Shown: positions 1-12,900 of the stretch, in pieces | How positions within the stretch are numbered: the stretch's first letter is position 1 | Layout of the letters: each line of letters opens with the position of its first letter | Source: Mytilus edulis | Lineage: Eukaryota | Assembly: GCF_963676685.1 (NCBI RefSeq) | Contig: NC_092351.1 | Span: 25,358,001 to 25,422,000 of the forward strand | Direction of reading: 5' to 3' | DNA: 64,000 nucleotides | Translations under genes and position numbers: made by a program | The notes under the pieces: generated by a model | Database searches by the model: none | What the model was told of the DNA's origin: nothing | What the model saw: only the letters and a program-made list of their open reading frames with translations

Positions 1-58
1 TTAGAATATGTTTAGTTATTAAAACAAAGCAGATAATTGCACGATAAATCTGTTATAG

Positions 59-186
59 CTAGACGAAAAGAAGCGGTCTCGCTTGTGTGAGTTACCAGAT
101 ACTGTCACTATACCATTAGAAGACTATGAAGACATGAGGAGAAAAATGAGACTTCAAAAACTAGAGCTCGATGAATTAAATTCTAG
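59..186 (+). CDS. Gene A exon (equivalent to exon 3): coiled coil LDEKKR...LELDELNS(R)
   Basis: ttatag acceptor at 58, AG|gtag donor at 187; ends like exon 3 of B (NELRSR) and C (DELRNR), phase 2. Confidence 0.75.
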
Positions 187-3100
187 GTAGTGTAACATTT
201 CAAATTAACTCTATAAGTAATCACATGAAGAAAATTTATCTCATTGGCAATCAATTTAAATCTTTAAATTCGATTTTATTACATATAGTAGAATTTTGAA
301 ATGTTAAGTATTTCGGGTCACAAATAAATATTTCAGTATAATTATGTAAAGGATATTTAATGAATGCATAACATATAACAAATAATCTTTAGTGCATAAA
401 ACATTAGTTCTTATTAAATTGTGCTTTAAGATAACATTTATGTAACATAAATTGAATCACAGCATTATATTATTGGCTCATTCGAGTCTACCTAGTCATC
501 AAATGTGACGTAACTATAAAGCTGTTTTATATTTACATATTAAGGTCGAGTAGAAGACAACACCACGGACAATACCTTGAACTTGGTACTAGTAACCCAA
601 TACGACCTACAAGAATAGGAGATATGTATGATGGTTTGTTTGACATACAATGGCACGAAGCACTGCCAGTAGTAATGGGACTGTATCCAGAAGAATCAGA
701 AGCATTTATATTTCTAAGAGACTTGCTATTGGTATGGTTTCCATTAAGAAATAACCCTGCGATTTCAAATACATTTTGGTTATTTGTATGATATTCGATT
801 GTATATGTAAACAAAGGGAAGATAAAACCATAACTCTGTACACAAATAAAATTAAAACAAGTTTAATGGTGAGATGCTCAATACTGATGCCCGCTATATG
901 TGTTAGGTTAAAATAAAATTTAATGAGTGATAAACGTGAACATGCACAAGGGCAGATACATTTTTAAAAGGGGGTTCTAACCTTATGTCCCCATTCAAAC
1001 GCATTGGTCGTCCAAAATAATGGGGTTGCAACCCGCGTACTCCTCTTGGATCCGCCACTGTTGCATACTGTGGTAAAGTATTACCACAAGAAGCTTACTT
1101 TCAAGTTTCAGGAATCTCTGAATTATAGTTCATTAGAAAAATGCGACAAAAAGTTTATTGGACAGAGGGATAAACATACGAAAGAAAAAAAAAGACCAAA
1201 AAAACTAATGATTTTATAAAACGGACGCCATCTAAACCAATGTAGATATGTGCATCAGAAGGGAAAGCAAATTAAGAACCACTAAAGACACCCGACCGTT
1301 TGATCGTGATCAGGATTAAAAATTCAGTGTTTGAAAAACCGATAAAGCTATGCACACTTACAAAATGTGGAAAGGAAATAACATTATTTTAACAAAAAGA
1401 ACCGAAAATCGGTAAGACCAGACTGAAAACAGATTAGACTTATAGCACGAGGAGGAAAGCAGACCAATAAATGTTACACCTTTCAAAACAAAGACATGAT
1501 GTGTCATTTGTTAACAAAAGAAAATAGAACATCTATTATATTCATTTTATGACACAGGTTATATAACATTGGTTAAATGACTGGTCATCAGTCTAGTAGT
1601 TATTCATTCTTTTTTCATATGAAACATGAAGTGAAAGTCACAAAAACACTTTTACTAAATTTAAACAGATACGCTTATACAAATCTTATATTTTCAATCT
1701 AGTAAGGAAAAGGTATCCATTTAATGTGTTTTCATTTAGAAAGCCTACGACTTTAGTTCAGACATTGCCAGAGACGAGCAGGAGAAATTGGTCAGTCATC
1801 TTAATAAATCTGTTTTAGAACCTACCTTACACATGGAAGGACAGGTAAGGGTCATTTACACATGACATAAATAATGAATAGAAGGTCGGTTGAAAACAAA
1901 ACTTTACGACAAAAGACATGATTTTAGCTTCCCAATTGTGAACTTTCCATTTTTATGCAGCAACATTGCAGCATCACCTGCATACGGAGTATATGTATCT
2001 CCCAATATATACGATATTCCCGGGCTTGTATTTCCTATCACGAGTTGGTTGACCGTTATGGAATAACCGTTTGACAGATGATATCGAATATGTCCCTTAT
2101 GTCCCAACTACAATACACTCCCCTTTTCACGAATGTGATCTTCCGAATTATAGTCTATTTACCGGGTTTGTAATATCATAAGCAAGACAACTGGTGCTAC
2201 ATTTGGAGCAGGATCTGTTTACCCTTCCGGAGCACCTGAGATCATCCCCAGTTTTTGGTAGCGTTCGTGTTGATTAGTTGTTAGTTTTCTCTGCTCTGTC
2301 TCCTGTATTTTATGTGTTTGTTTGTCTTTTTATTTTTAGCCATGGTGATGCCAATTTATTTTCTATCTATGAGTTTGACCGTCCTCTGGCGTGCCTCTAT
2401 GTGATGCTTGTTGCAACTATTTTAAAGCTCAAGATGAAAATCAAATATTTCTCATTTGGAAAATAAGCAAATATAATGTGACTGCGTTGTATATTGTTTA
2501 CTCGATAACAAGTACCTGCACAGTTAAAAACAAGAATTTGATGCGACTGTCATGCAAGTGTGAGGGTAAGCTAGCTTTAAAACCATGTTTAATACACCAT
2601 TTTGTACTGTGTAACCAAGTCAGGAATATGACAGTTGTTGTCCATTCGTTTTGGTGTGTTATAGTTTTTTATTTTGCCATTTGATAAGGGATTTCCTTTT
2701 TGAATTCTGCTCGAAGCTCAGTATTTTTATATTCAAGTATACTATCTCCTTTTCTTTTTGTAGGAATATCGTAAAAGGGCCAAAGACGATGCTGAAGTCA
2801 CTGCGCAGAACGAAATGTATGCAAAAGAAGTCAGAAAAGCAACAGCTATGAAATCTTTGCCATCTCTCTTTTCTGTAAGTTTATCTTCTTAAAGAAACTT
2901 TAAACTTATTGAACATTCATATAAAAAATGATATCTACTACGGTAGCGTTTTTAAAAATGTAAATACATAACAACGTTAGAAAGATCGATTCTGAAGATT
3001 AAATTCAACGTGAATATATATATACATTAAATATACAAATGCATATGCTTTTCAATTTTATGCACACGGTTTTAACTAAGATTGTATTTAGATCATAGTG

Positions 3101-3498
3101 AATAAATATGTAATTGTTTTCATTTCTCTAGTTCAGTTATGATTTTGTCTGATAGTACATGTAAACAAAACACAAGAATTATCACTATTGCTTTATTTTA
3201 GCTGTTTAAAAAGCTCTACCTCCAGGAAAACTTGAACTGGTCCGAATTTCAGCTTGTAGATAAACTAAGTAACTATTTGGATAAATGTGTTGAGATCACA
3301 TGGTTAATGAGTGTTTATGATCCGCCTCTGAGATTTGTGTTAGCCAGACATGATGAGCAAATAGACATGAGCAAATTTATGTATTTCCGGGTAAAAGGCA
3401 AGGTGACAGATTACACAATTTGGCCGGCACTGGTGTTATATCATGGTGGCCCAGTAATACGACATGGTCATGTTGTTCCGAAACGTCATACCAAATAA
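59..3498 (+). CDS. Gene A: MIEAP/SPATA18 C-terminal-domain coiled-coil protein, 5'-partial; join(59..186,545..731,1740..1844,2764..2874,3202..3498)
   Basis: Five AG/GT-bounded exons splice into one open frame (phases 2,0,0,0). Motifs RPTRIGDMYDGLFDIQW and YLDKCVEITWLMSVYDPPL...WPALVLYHGGPVIRHGHV match the MIEAP-like pattern and the equivalent exons of genes B and C. Confidence 0.85.
545..731 (+). CDS. Gene A exon (equivalent to exon 4)
   Basis: taag|G acceptor, gtatgg donor; SNPIRPTRIGDMYDGLFDIQWHEAL aligns with DKNRPTKIAENFHAVYDDEWTNAL in gene C. Confidence 0.85.
947..1060. mobile_element. Degenerate short MITE (CAGGGGCGGATCC-type termini)
   Basis: caagggcagatac...ggatccgccactg; flanks atgca/ttgca; same family as 8213-8364, opposite orientation. 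Confidence 0.55.
1740..1844 (+). CDS. Gene A exon (equivalent to exon 5): KAYDFSSDIARDEQEKL...EGQ
   Basis: ttcatttag acceptor, CAG|gtaagg donor, 35 codons in frame. Confidence 0.8.
1885..2390 (+). mobile_element. 3' fragment of a Penelope-like retroelement (RT thumb region plus 3' UTR)
   Basis: + strand translation LYDKRHDFSFPIVNFPFLCSNIAASPAYGVYVS..IRYSRAC is the C-terminal RT motif of Penelope-like elements. Confidence 0.7.
2764..2874 (+). CDS. Gene A exon (equivalent to exon 6): EYRKRAK...YAKEVRKATAMKSLPSLFS
   Basis: Polypyrimidine tract plus tag acceptor, gtaagt donor, 37 codons. Confidence 0.8.
3202..3498 (+). CDS. Gene A last exon: MIEAP-like C-terminal domain
   Basis: ttttag acceptor at 3201; contains ORF 3232-3498 with W-x-M-x3-DPP and WPAL motifs; TAA stop; AATAAA at 3578. 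Confidence 0.9.
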   Translation: MFKKLYLQENLNWSEFQLVDKLSNYLDKCVEITWLMSVYDPPLRFVLARHDEQIDMSKFMYFRVKGKVTDYTIWPALVLYHGGPVIRHGHVVPKRHTK

Positions 3499-4167
3499 AG
3501 TTCAGCTAAAATACAGGGAACGTTGAAAGTGCAATATAGATTTTTACTTGGCTTCAATCATTTTAATGTCTTATCACAATAAAAATGTAATATAAATGTT
3601 AGAATGATACAAAAAGATATGCACTTCAATACTTATATAATTATTAACTTTCGGTGTATACAGGTATCGAGACTAAATGAGAATGTTTAATATAAAAGGA
3701 AAAGATGTATATGATTTGTATAAAATTTCAAATGAAAGACCATCACGTTGCTTTAGTATTACTTTTAATTGTAAACTATAATTTTGACATGATTGATTTC
3801 TGGGCATTTGGCTTAACACACATTATCAAATGTAAGGTTGTTTTCCAATTTATGCAAAATAACCTGGAAAAAGTGGTTTCCAATGACAAAATTCATTACT
3901 AAATGAGTATCAGTTGCTTTGACTTATCGTTTCTTGAAACATATTGTTTGCTACTTCAAAATCACATTCTTGTAAAGCATCCTCTATGGTCATACTTTTT
4001 ATTACTATTCTTACACTTAACGTATCTAGGTTTGACGAATTGTGTATATGCCATTGTTTTATTTAGAAAGAACACCACTTGATTGATAAGTGAAGAATTT
4101 GAAATATACAAATAACTAATCTCATAAATAATAATATGTTTCAACTTTTCAGTGTTCAGTCTTCAAA

Positions 4168-5783
4168 TTAAATAAAACATGTTCGTCATCCATGACGAAC
4201 TTTAATACCGAGTATGATAAAAAGAACATGCTCGTCATCCATGACCGGTTTTATGCCGAGTACGATAATTACAACATGCCCGTCCTGTATGACCTGTTAA
4301 ATACCGAGTAGGATGATTAAACCATACCCGTCTTCTATCACCTGGTTAACGTCGAGTAGACAAGACAAGACAAGACAATATTTTATTTGAGTCTCACCTC
4401 TTCTAAAACATTTACATAATATTACAATTTAAATATTACAATATAAAACAAGAGCCACTCTAAAAAGAGTTATGAGAGACTATAAAAAAAAAGGTATATA
4501 CATTTACATATATATATTTACATACATAAAACATAAAACAAATTAAAAGTATACAAATGTTAAGAATAACATAAAACAGTTTAAAAGTAAACACATTTTA
4601 AGAATATAATAAACATTTTCTTTTCAGTAAAATATCATAGCAGATTTTGGCAGTGTAAAAATAAACATTTTCATCACTAAATAAAAATACAAATTTATCA
4701 TCATCTGACATACTATTAAAATCATGACAAAAAGAATTAGCATGACTAAACAACACAGCACGAAAATCTGCATATAGTGGACATTTCAAAATTACATGTT
4801 TCTCATCTTCTATGGTTTCATTACAACTAAAACATATTCGTTCATTAATAGGTAAGTTCTGATACCGGCCCGTTTCAATTTTTAGGGGCGCAACACCACA
4901 ACGAAATTTTGCAAAAGCACTTCTATATTTCCCTGCAATAGTTTTACAAATGTAATTTTCTACCTTAAATTCTGTTTTAAATAATTTATAAGTACGAAGT
5001 TTGGCATATTCATTCGAAACCAACTTATTATGCCATTCAGTTTTATATAAATCAATAGCTAAGCATTCTATATCCTTAATTACATGTTTAGTTAACAATA
5101 TATCACAGTTACAATATGGTTCAAGATTATACTCTTTAAACTTAGTCATCACTCTGAAGCACCAGTTTTTAATTGGCTTATTTCCATACTTATATGACCA
5201 TATAAATACTCTTTTGTTCAATCTATCATTGTCCATTTTACAAAATATGGACCATAATCTAAAAAGTATCGAGTATGATAATTACAACATGCTCGTCATC
5301 CATGACCGGTTTAATGCCGAGTACAATAATTACATGCTCGTCCTCTATGACCTGTTTAATGCCGAGGATGATAAAATGAACATGCCCGTCATCCATGACC
5401 GGTTTAATGCCGAGTATGATAAAAAGAACATACCCGTCATCCTTGACCTGTTTAATGTTGATTTTGATAAATAGAACATGTTCGTCATCCATGACCGGTT
5501 TAAGTCCGAGTATGATAAATAGAACATGCTCGTCATCCATGACCGGTTTAAGTCCAAGTATGATAAATAGAATATGTTCGTCCTCCATGACCGGTTTATT
5601 GCCGATTTTGAGAAATAGAACATGCTCGTCATCCATGACCGGTTTGATGCCGAGTAACATAATCGTCTTTCATGACCTGTTTATTGCCGAGTATGATAAA
5701 TAGAACATGCTCGTCATCCATGACATGTTTAATGCCGAGTCGATGAATAGAACATGCTCGTCCTCAATGACATGTTTATGACG
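4168..5783. repeat. 48-bp minisatellite (ccgagtatgataaatagaacatgctcgtcatccatgaccggtttaatg), split by a LINE insertion into 4168-4358 and 5269-5783
   Basis: Visible tandem units; the 16-aa periodicity of spurious ORFs 5259-5660 and 5395-5703 agrees. Confidence 0.9.
4359..5268 (-). mobile_element. 5'-truncated non-LTR retrotransposon (ORF2 C-terminus with CCHC motif, (TCTTG)n tail)
   Basis: ORF 4598-5236: KLRTYKLFK...KFRCGVAPLKIETGRY...RICFSC...EDEKHVILKCPLY; AATAAA and microsatellite tail at 4359-4387; candidate 7-bp TSD tcgagta (4352-4358 / 5269-5275). Confidence 0.9.
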
Positions 5784-6163
5784 ACACATTCATTGTTATG
5801 AAGTCTGGTGTGCAAACTTATATACGTTCAATTTTATGAAGCATTATGGATAGAATAACTTTTTTTCTAATACATTAAGCGATCTCTGTTTTTGCAGCTT
5901 TCAAAAGCGAATGACCACAAAATACTGTTTTTAATAGAGTGTAATTATTGTACAAATAAAAAAAGTATAAATTTATATATAAAGTATATTTGACATGAAT
6001 TAAGGGAGATTTAAAATGGTGTAAATGAACGAGACAACAACAGAAAAGCCTGTGAGACAAAAACAAGAGATAGCAGTTCTCCAATTTTAATTTCAGTACA
6101 TAGATCATATTTTTAAATACAGTTTAAAATTCACAATTCGCTAATTGAATGTTCTTATCCAAA

Positions 6164-6468
6164 TAGTTATCAAAGGTACCAGGATTATAATTTAAAACGC
6201 CAGACGCGCGTTTCGTCTACACAATACTTATCAGTAACGCTCAGATCAAGATAGTTATAAAGCCCTACAAGAACAGAGCATTGAAAACCCAAAATTCCAA
6301 AAAGCTGTTCCAAATACGGCATAGCTATTTATTCCTGGGGTAAGAAAATCAATAGTTTTTCGAAAAATTCAAAGTTTTGTAAAATGGAAATTTACATTAT
6401 AAAAAAATGACAATGTATAATTGATATTCATGTCAACTCCGAAGTGCTGACTACTGCGCTGGTGAAAC
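6164..6468 (-). mobile_element. Retrozyme-like repeat copy; hammerhead motif 6198-6240 with mutated core (CUGAUAA)
   Basis: Reverse complement reads ctgataa-gtattgtgtagac-gaaa-cgcgcg-tc-tggcg. Confidence 0.7.
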
Positions 6469-6486
6469 CAAAAATTTTAAACTGTT

Positions 6487-6742
6487 AAATAAAATTGAGA
6501 AAGGAAATGGTGAATATGTCAAAGCGACAACCACCCGACCGTAGAGCAAACAACAACCGAAGGCAACCAATGGGTCTTCAATGTAGCGAGAATTCCCGCA
6601 CCCGTAGGTGTTCTTCAGCTGAACCGTAAAATATGCATAATAGTACAGTGATAATGGACGTCATACTAAACTCCGAATTATACACAAGAAACTAAAATTT
6701 AAAATCATACAACACTAACAAAGGATAGAGGCTCCTGACTTG
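6487..6742 (-). mobile_element. SINE-like interspersed repeat (family with aaataaaattgagaatggaaatgggg end)
   Basis: Similar to copies at 17903-18425, 19490-19870, 39865-39945 and 52640-52785. Confidence 0.7.
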
Positions 6743-7550
6743 GTTGTTTATTTCACTTGAATTTCTAAAATCAATGCAAATACAGAGAGTTATTCCTCTT
6801 TAAACAATTATATCAGAATTCCAAAGTTACAGCGATATCATTACTTGTTGACAAAATCAATACAGTATATTTGCGTTTACTTTTTAATCTATTTATTAGA
6901 ACAAAATGTTATCGTGAAAACAAATAGGTATGTAATTTGATTTTATGAACCCATTTAACAAGGTTATAAGCCATTCAATACATCAATAAAATTGTCTAAC
7001 AATACATAGTTAAACTTTCTTTTTATTTGCTTTGTTGGCCTTTTCTGGTTGTCATACAGATCATGTATTTTAGACAATGGAAGTTTATATTGATTTGTCA
7101 AAGTATATCTAATTTGATTCAAAAACATTGAAAGTGTTAAACATTCATTTAGTCGATATTTTCGATATTAAGTTTCAGTGGAACTTTAAAGATTCTAACA
7201 GAAGGTAAGGAAACAATGCCAGGATTTAAACACAATTAATGTGATGCATGAACATGTATTCAAAATATTCATTTGCATATGTACAATTAGTAGAATAATG
7301 TATCAATCTAATATTACTTTCTCTAAATTAATTAAAACGAAATTGAATGCCAAAGTCAGTGAAATTTTAAAGATCTTCTGACTCTTCCAGAGCATTGGAG
7401 ATTATCTCGGTTTTCGGTGGGGATCTCTTGTCCAGTCTGTAGTTTTCGATGTAGTGTTTTGCGGACTTGTTTGTCTTGTTGTCGTCGTTTTTTAGTCAGT
7501 TTCTCTTCAGCTGATTAATTTTGAATATCTCTTTTTGAATGATAAAAAGG

Positions 7551-7706
7551 TGAAATTTGGCTAAGCGCGCCTCAATTATAAACACCGCAATGAACCATTT
7601 CAGTTATTTTTTGTAACATTCACATTCGTAATAATTGGTTACGTGCTCACTTAGAGTTGCTTAGCATTGTGATGTTAATAATTGAGGCGTGCTTAGTCCA
7701 ATTTCA
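7551..7706. mobile_element. Small MITE / inverted repeat
   Basis: tgaaatttggctaagcgcgcctcaattat ... ataattgaggcgtgcttagtccaatttca (imperfect arms of about 40 bp). Confidence 0.7.
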
Positions 7707-8080
7707 TGATTTCCGCCAAAATTTATGTGATTTAGTTTATATAAGGAGAGAGGACCCGGAAAGGGTAAATAATGCTCTCTTATATGAAACTGCACTCGTC
7801 TTAGACTGAAGTTCTGACGACAAAATTGATGCCATACATAACTAGTCTTTCATGATTATCCAGATGTTCATAATTGTTTTGTATATTTTCTACTCTGATC
7901 CTTGATGTCTTCGCAGCCTTTTTCATTGTCATTATAGTTCACTAGCAATGTTTCGCAAACGACCTTTACACTGTCAAATTCTTTGAATACTTAGAATTTG
8001 GCACAACTTTTTGGAAATTTTGGATCCTCAATGCTCTTCAACTTCGTACTTCTTTGGCTTTATAAATATTTTGATATGAG

Positions 8081-8122
8081 AGTCACTGATGATTCTTATA
8101 TAGACGAAACGCGCGTCTGGCG
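8081..8122 (+). ncRNA. Type I hammerhead ribozyme motif in retrozyme-like repeat (7995-8156); first stem II pair disrupted
   Basis: agtca-CTGATGA-ttcttatatagac-GAAA-cgcgcg-TC-tggcg. Confidence 0.65.
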
Positions 8123-8212
8123 TACTAAATTATAATCCTGTTACCTTTGATAACTATGTTAACTATTTACGTAAATAACCTATCAGTTAAGCAGGTTTCT
8201 TCTTGTTCTTCC

Positions 8213-8364
8213 CAGGCGCGGATCCAGAGGGGGGGTTCCGGGGGTTGGAACCCCCCTTTTTTTTGACGATCAATGCATTTGAATGGGGACATGTAATTGG
8301 AACCCCCCCCCCCTTTGTCCTGGGTTAGTAACCCCCCTTTTTAAAATGGCTGGATCCGCCCCTG
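8213..8364. mobile_element. MITE with CAGG(C/G)GCGGATCC TIRs and 5-bp TSD
   Basis: caggcgcggatcca...tggatccgcccctg flanked by cttcc on both sides. Confidence 0.8.
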
Positions 8365-9737
8365 CTTCCACAGCACCTGCTTTCACCTGTTATAGGGTTT
8401 GTGTTGCTGAAACTTAAGTTATTTTCTTTGAAGTGTTTGGTGAACCATTCGAATTTTTTTTTGTTTGTTGTTGCTTTATCGTCATGATTGTGTGTTCTTA
8501 TTTTTCGTCAATTAATATAAAACATTTGTAGAACGTTGATAACTACATTAATAATTCACTATCGGCATAATTGGGTTAAATACATGTTATGTAAACATAT
8601 TGCAAGCAGCTCCTTAATTCTTCACTAAACGCCTTCATACATATACAAACTAGTTGAACTTCCGATATCTAAGAACTGTTCCTAAGATCTAATGCCTAAT
8701 TATACCAAATACAGCAAATATTTAAGTAACGATTCTTGGGCTTCTTAATTGTTGTTTAATTTCAAAAATGGGTTTTGATCGATATCTAAATACCGTATCT
8801 AATCGCAGTATAGATTTCTTTTTTATGTTTCGAAACACTGTTTTTAAATATTATTAACTATTTTTTAATTTTACCTAAACTAAGACAATAATGTGTATGC
8901 CTGCCTTTCCCATCCAAATCAATTTTACCAAAACAATCTAACGATTGAAGGTAATCGTTACTAATAAAAGGTTCAAATCAAAATGTTCCAACAACATATT
9001 TCAATTGTATCACAACTTGTTCAAACAAAAATCTTATTTGGCTTCATTATGGTTGTTCCTTCTCTTGGGCAAAATATTGCAAATTACATTTTATTTTAAA
9101 CACATTCACCCTATCTTCCCCTCGATTTTTTGTGTAATTAATTTTATGAAGTACTAAATATTCGATTATGGGGGTTGGTATATATTTGTTTAATTAAATA
9201 TTGATAGCTAGAAACAGTAAGAAAGAAAAAACGGATTGCCCTTTTCCATTTCTATTTGATCAATTTAATGAATGAATGCAAATTCATGGTTTGCTAATGA
9301 AAACCCCTAAGTTTATTCAAACATAAGGTTACTGCTACAAGTGTGTCACAATGACATTATGACCACCTTAAGATTTTGTGAAACGAGATGAGGTAAGTAT
9401 CTAAATTCAGCAGGAAAGATGAATCTGCAAACATACCTAAATTACCCTCTGTTCTAGTATACCACCACTTCACAAACGGTTGACGAAAATAGTAATATTA
9501 AGCACTCCATTAACATTTTGGACTGTTTTTAAATTTCTCAGAAAATTATATATTAAAAGTATGTTGCATGCTTCTCAACCAATGAATGTTTATCATACTC
9601 ATTCAAATTTTGTCCTTAGGAGTTATAGGTTTCCATTGTTCCATATGAATGTTTACAATAGCAGAATCATCCCTATGTTTTGTTCTTATTTTATAGGCGA
9701 CCTGTTTTATCTATTCGTATATCATTGAAAGTATAAA

Positions 9738-9929
9738 ATGTCTGTAATACAGCCTGTAGGTCGGGGAGATTATTTCATTCCCCGAGAGTACAGGCGACGG
9801 CCTAACATTGAGGTGATTCTTCAAGATATGGAATCGTATATCAACAAGCGGACATTAGACGTGGCCGACCGAGAATATGTCACACTTATGGATAATGAAT
9901 ATCATCTCCTCAAGAAGTATCGAGATAAG
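9738..9929 (+). CDS. Gene B coding exon 1
   Basis: ttatag acceptor at 9696, aaaATG start, AAG|gttaga donor; PVGRGDYFIPREYRRRPNIEVIL homologous to gene C exon 1. Confidence 0.85.
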
Positions 9930-12900
9930 GTTAGATGGTTATCTTATATTTGAATACAGCATTCATTATGAATTTAATTAATTAAACTTGTTAATATAAT
10001 TTTAATCTGATAGTAGTTGATATTGTTTTATATAATTTAATGGGTTGTGAAATAAAATCTTGAAAACAAGGTAAGAAATAAATAGTTTTTTATTGGAAAA
10101 TAAAGATTTACAATATTTAAATCGAAAATAACTGATAAAAAATACACTTTTAAACACTCAAAGCGATACACTTAGATATTTTTAGCATCTGTCAACGTAA
10201 AGTTTGAAGTAGTAAACTTCTCTGTTCCAACTAGCTTTACCTAAAACAAATATTTTCGATTTTAACTGTTATATTCAAATTTCAATCATCTTATGATCAT
10301 TATAACCATAATACATGCAATGATGTATACATGCTCAATTAAATACTATACACCTCACCAATTCTAAACCTGTTCAAAGTTATTTATACTTGTTATTTGA
10401 GTGAAAGAGAAGAGACATCTTGATTTACTTGTCACTAATAGCGAAGGAATCTTAACTAATTTATGACAAAAGTCACGATTTTTGTAATTTATTTGGAAAC
10501 GGTATAAAAAAGGGGGAAAAACAGTTGTCATTTAATTCAAGATAGTAGCAAGGATATTCATGACAGATTTTGGTACCCACTAATACAAAGTAACATACAT
10601 TTGTCATTTCAGTATAATGCATATGTGCAAAACATACAAAGAATAGATAAGCAAATAGCAGCTGATTCCGACTTTTTGACTGCCAGTAACCTGTATGTAG
10701 TTCTAAAGAAAGCTTGTGATAACTGGCGCCCTAAGGGGAAAACTGCCATGGAAGAGTTTAGAGAACTTCAGAATTTTACAAAGCTTTATAGTGACTTAGA
10801 GCGTTCATATGTGAGTGTTATTAGAATTTAAAAGAATATTTCAGATGAGATCAGATTAACTAAGTAATTTGAGCTTAATTGTATTTATCAGATTATGAAA
10901 GTAGGTAGTCGTAGAGACTGATATGTATTTTTATATAGTCGTTTGATGTTCAGATTTTGAATGAGTATGGTATCGCATGGCGAGGTGATACACATAGCAT
11001 GAGACTTGTTACCTATTGACAAATTAGCTTTGCTTCTTTAGAGTTTATGCGATTCCGAAACATTTTTGTTTGTACTAATTTGTATATCATCAATACAAAG
11101 GATTTATTACACTTTAAACATCGATGAAAGACTGTTGCATTTTATTCTTAGACTAATTATGGTTCAAGAGGCACGACTTCAAAATTTAAATAAGCATCCA
11201 GATATAAAAGATGAAAACGTTTTATTGATAAATATTGTAGTAATGCTTCAGTACAAGTTTACTCTTTAATTTACCAAACATTGCAGGGTAAAGATGGTGG
11301 AACCTACAAATCTATTCCTAACGTCCATACCTCCATAATAGGGCAGCAACCCAAAGATCAATATAGTCCCCGTAGTCAGAGTTATGAATCTCCAAGATCT
11401 GATTCTAAGGCTTTGTCCATCTCGTATGTTCCGATAGAAGCTTATGAAAAGTTAGAAAGAAAATTGGGTAAACAAGAAGAAGTCATTGCAAGAAAAGGAG
11501 CAGAAATAAATGAGCTTAGAAGCAGGTAGTAAAGGGATTTTCTTTAAATTCATTATTCATAGTGAAGATAACAATAATATAAGCAATGCTAATACAAATC
11601 TATGGTTATGTGGGTTTGAACAACATAATAACGAGTGATTCTAATCTTGATAAAATATCAAAAAAGGCATTAAAAATAATTAATATATTCAACATTTAGA
11701 TAAGATCATTTCAAAACAATTAAAAATTACATGATTGTATCAATACATTATGTTAATATTGCTAAGAAGTAACATAAACAGCGCCTTGTATATTTACCAT
11801 ATAAAAGGATTGGCAGCATCTCAGCTAGGGATTCTTTTCCTGAACATCTTAGTCCTACAAAAATAGCTGATAAATTTAAGAATCTGTATGAAGTAGAATG
11901 GTACGCTGCTGTGGGATTGATTGGTACTAAACAAGGACAACGGAGGCATCAAACATCAGAGGAGGAGGACTATGCAATATATAAACTACTTCGAATAATC
12001 AGAGTAAGTGACAGTATATCACTTATTTTAAATGTGCGCATAAACACTTTATTAATAATCAGAGTAAGTGATATTATACATCTAAAAATAAAATCTTCAC
12101 AAATATTTTATCAAGTCAACTTATTGTCGTATAAACGTTAATTACTGGTTAGATCTGAAAATGTCTACCAAAAAACAAATACATTTACTGACTTCATGAT
12201 TTTCCGGCTAAATACACCAACAGAGGAGTATAGTATTCTTGAGTTATTACTTCGGTACCGCTTACTACAAACATGTACGATTAAAGGGCATGCACTCGCA
12301 CATATGTTTAACCCCGCCACATTAGGCATGTGCCTGTCTTAAGTCATGTTATTCAGTGGTTATCGTCTGATTCGTCGTTATTGTTCATTGTATCCCGTCA
12401 TGTTTTATTGTATTTTGTTTCCATTCAGTATTTCTTAAATGAAAATGCAGAGTTGAAGTGTTATTTAGTGAATTAGGTGAAAAAAAATAGAGATAATCCT
12501 GGTTTATCTGAGCTTAATGTAAAATAGTGAGATAATCCTAGTTTATCTGAGAAAATCCTAGTTTATCTGAGATAATCTAGGATTATCTATAAAAGTGGTT
12601 CAGGCGTGCCGTAGATATTGATATTTGTTCTGATTTTTTATGCATTTTGATGACCTTAATATAACATTGATCTTTTATTATGCATTTTTTTAACGAAATA
12701 GCAAACCAAAACAACCATGAAACGAATCATATACCTGAGTGTATTTTTCGCAATCTCCAATAAATATAAGAATATGGGGTATGAGTGCCAATGAGACAAC
12801 TCTTCATTAATCTCAATACTTTTAAAAATATTCTAATTCAAACTTTAAAATATGACATATATTATTCTGAATGAAAAAAACTCACTAAATCATCAGAGTC

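Noticed and set aside
5259-5703. Repetitive ORFs on both strands
   Set aside because: Translations of the 48-bp minisatellite; no splice context.
4168-5783. CRISPR-like regular repeats
   Set aside because: Contiguous tandem units with no unique spacers; eukaryotic context; no cas genes.
7179-9392. Candidate untranslated 5' exons of gene B (donors at 7205 and 9393)
   Set aside because: Good donor consensus but cannot be delimited without transcripts.
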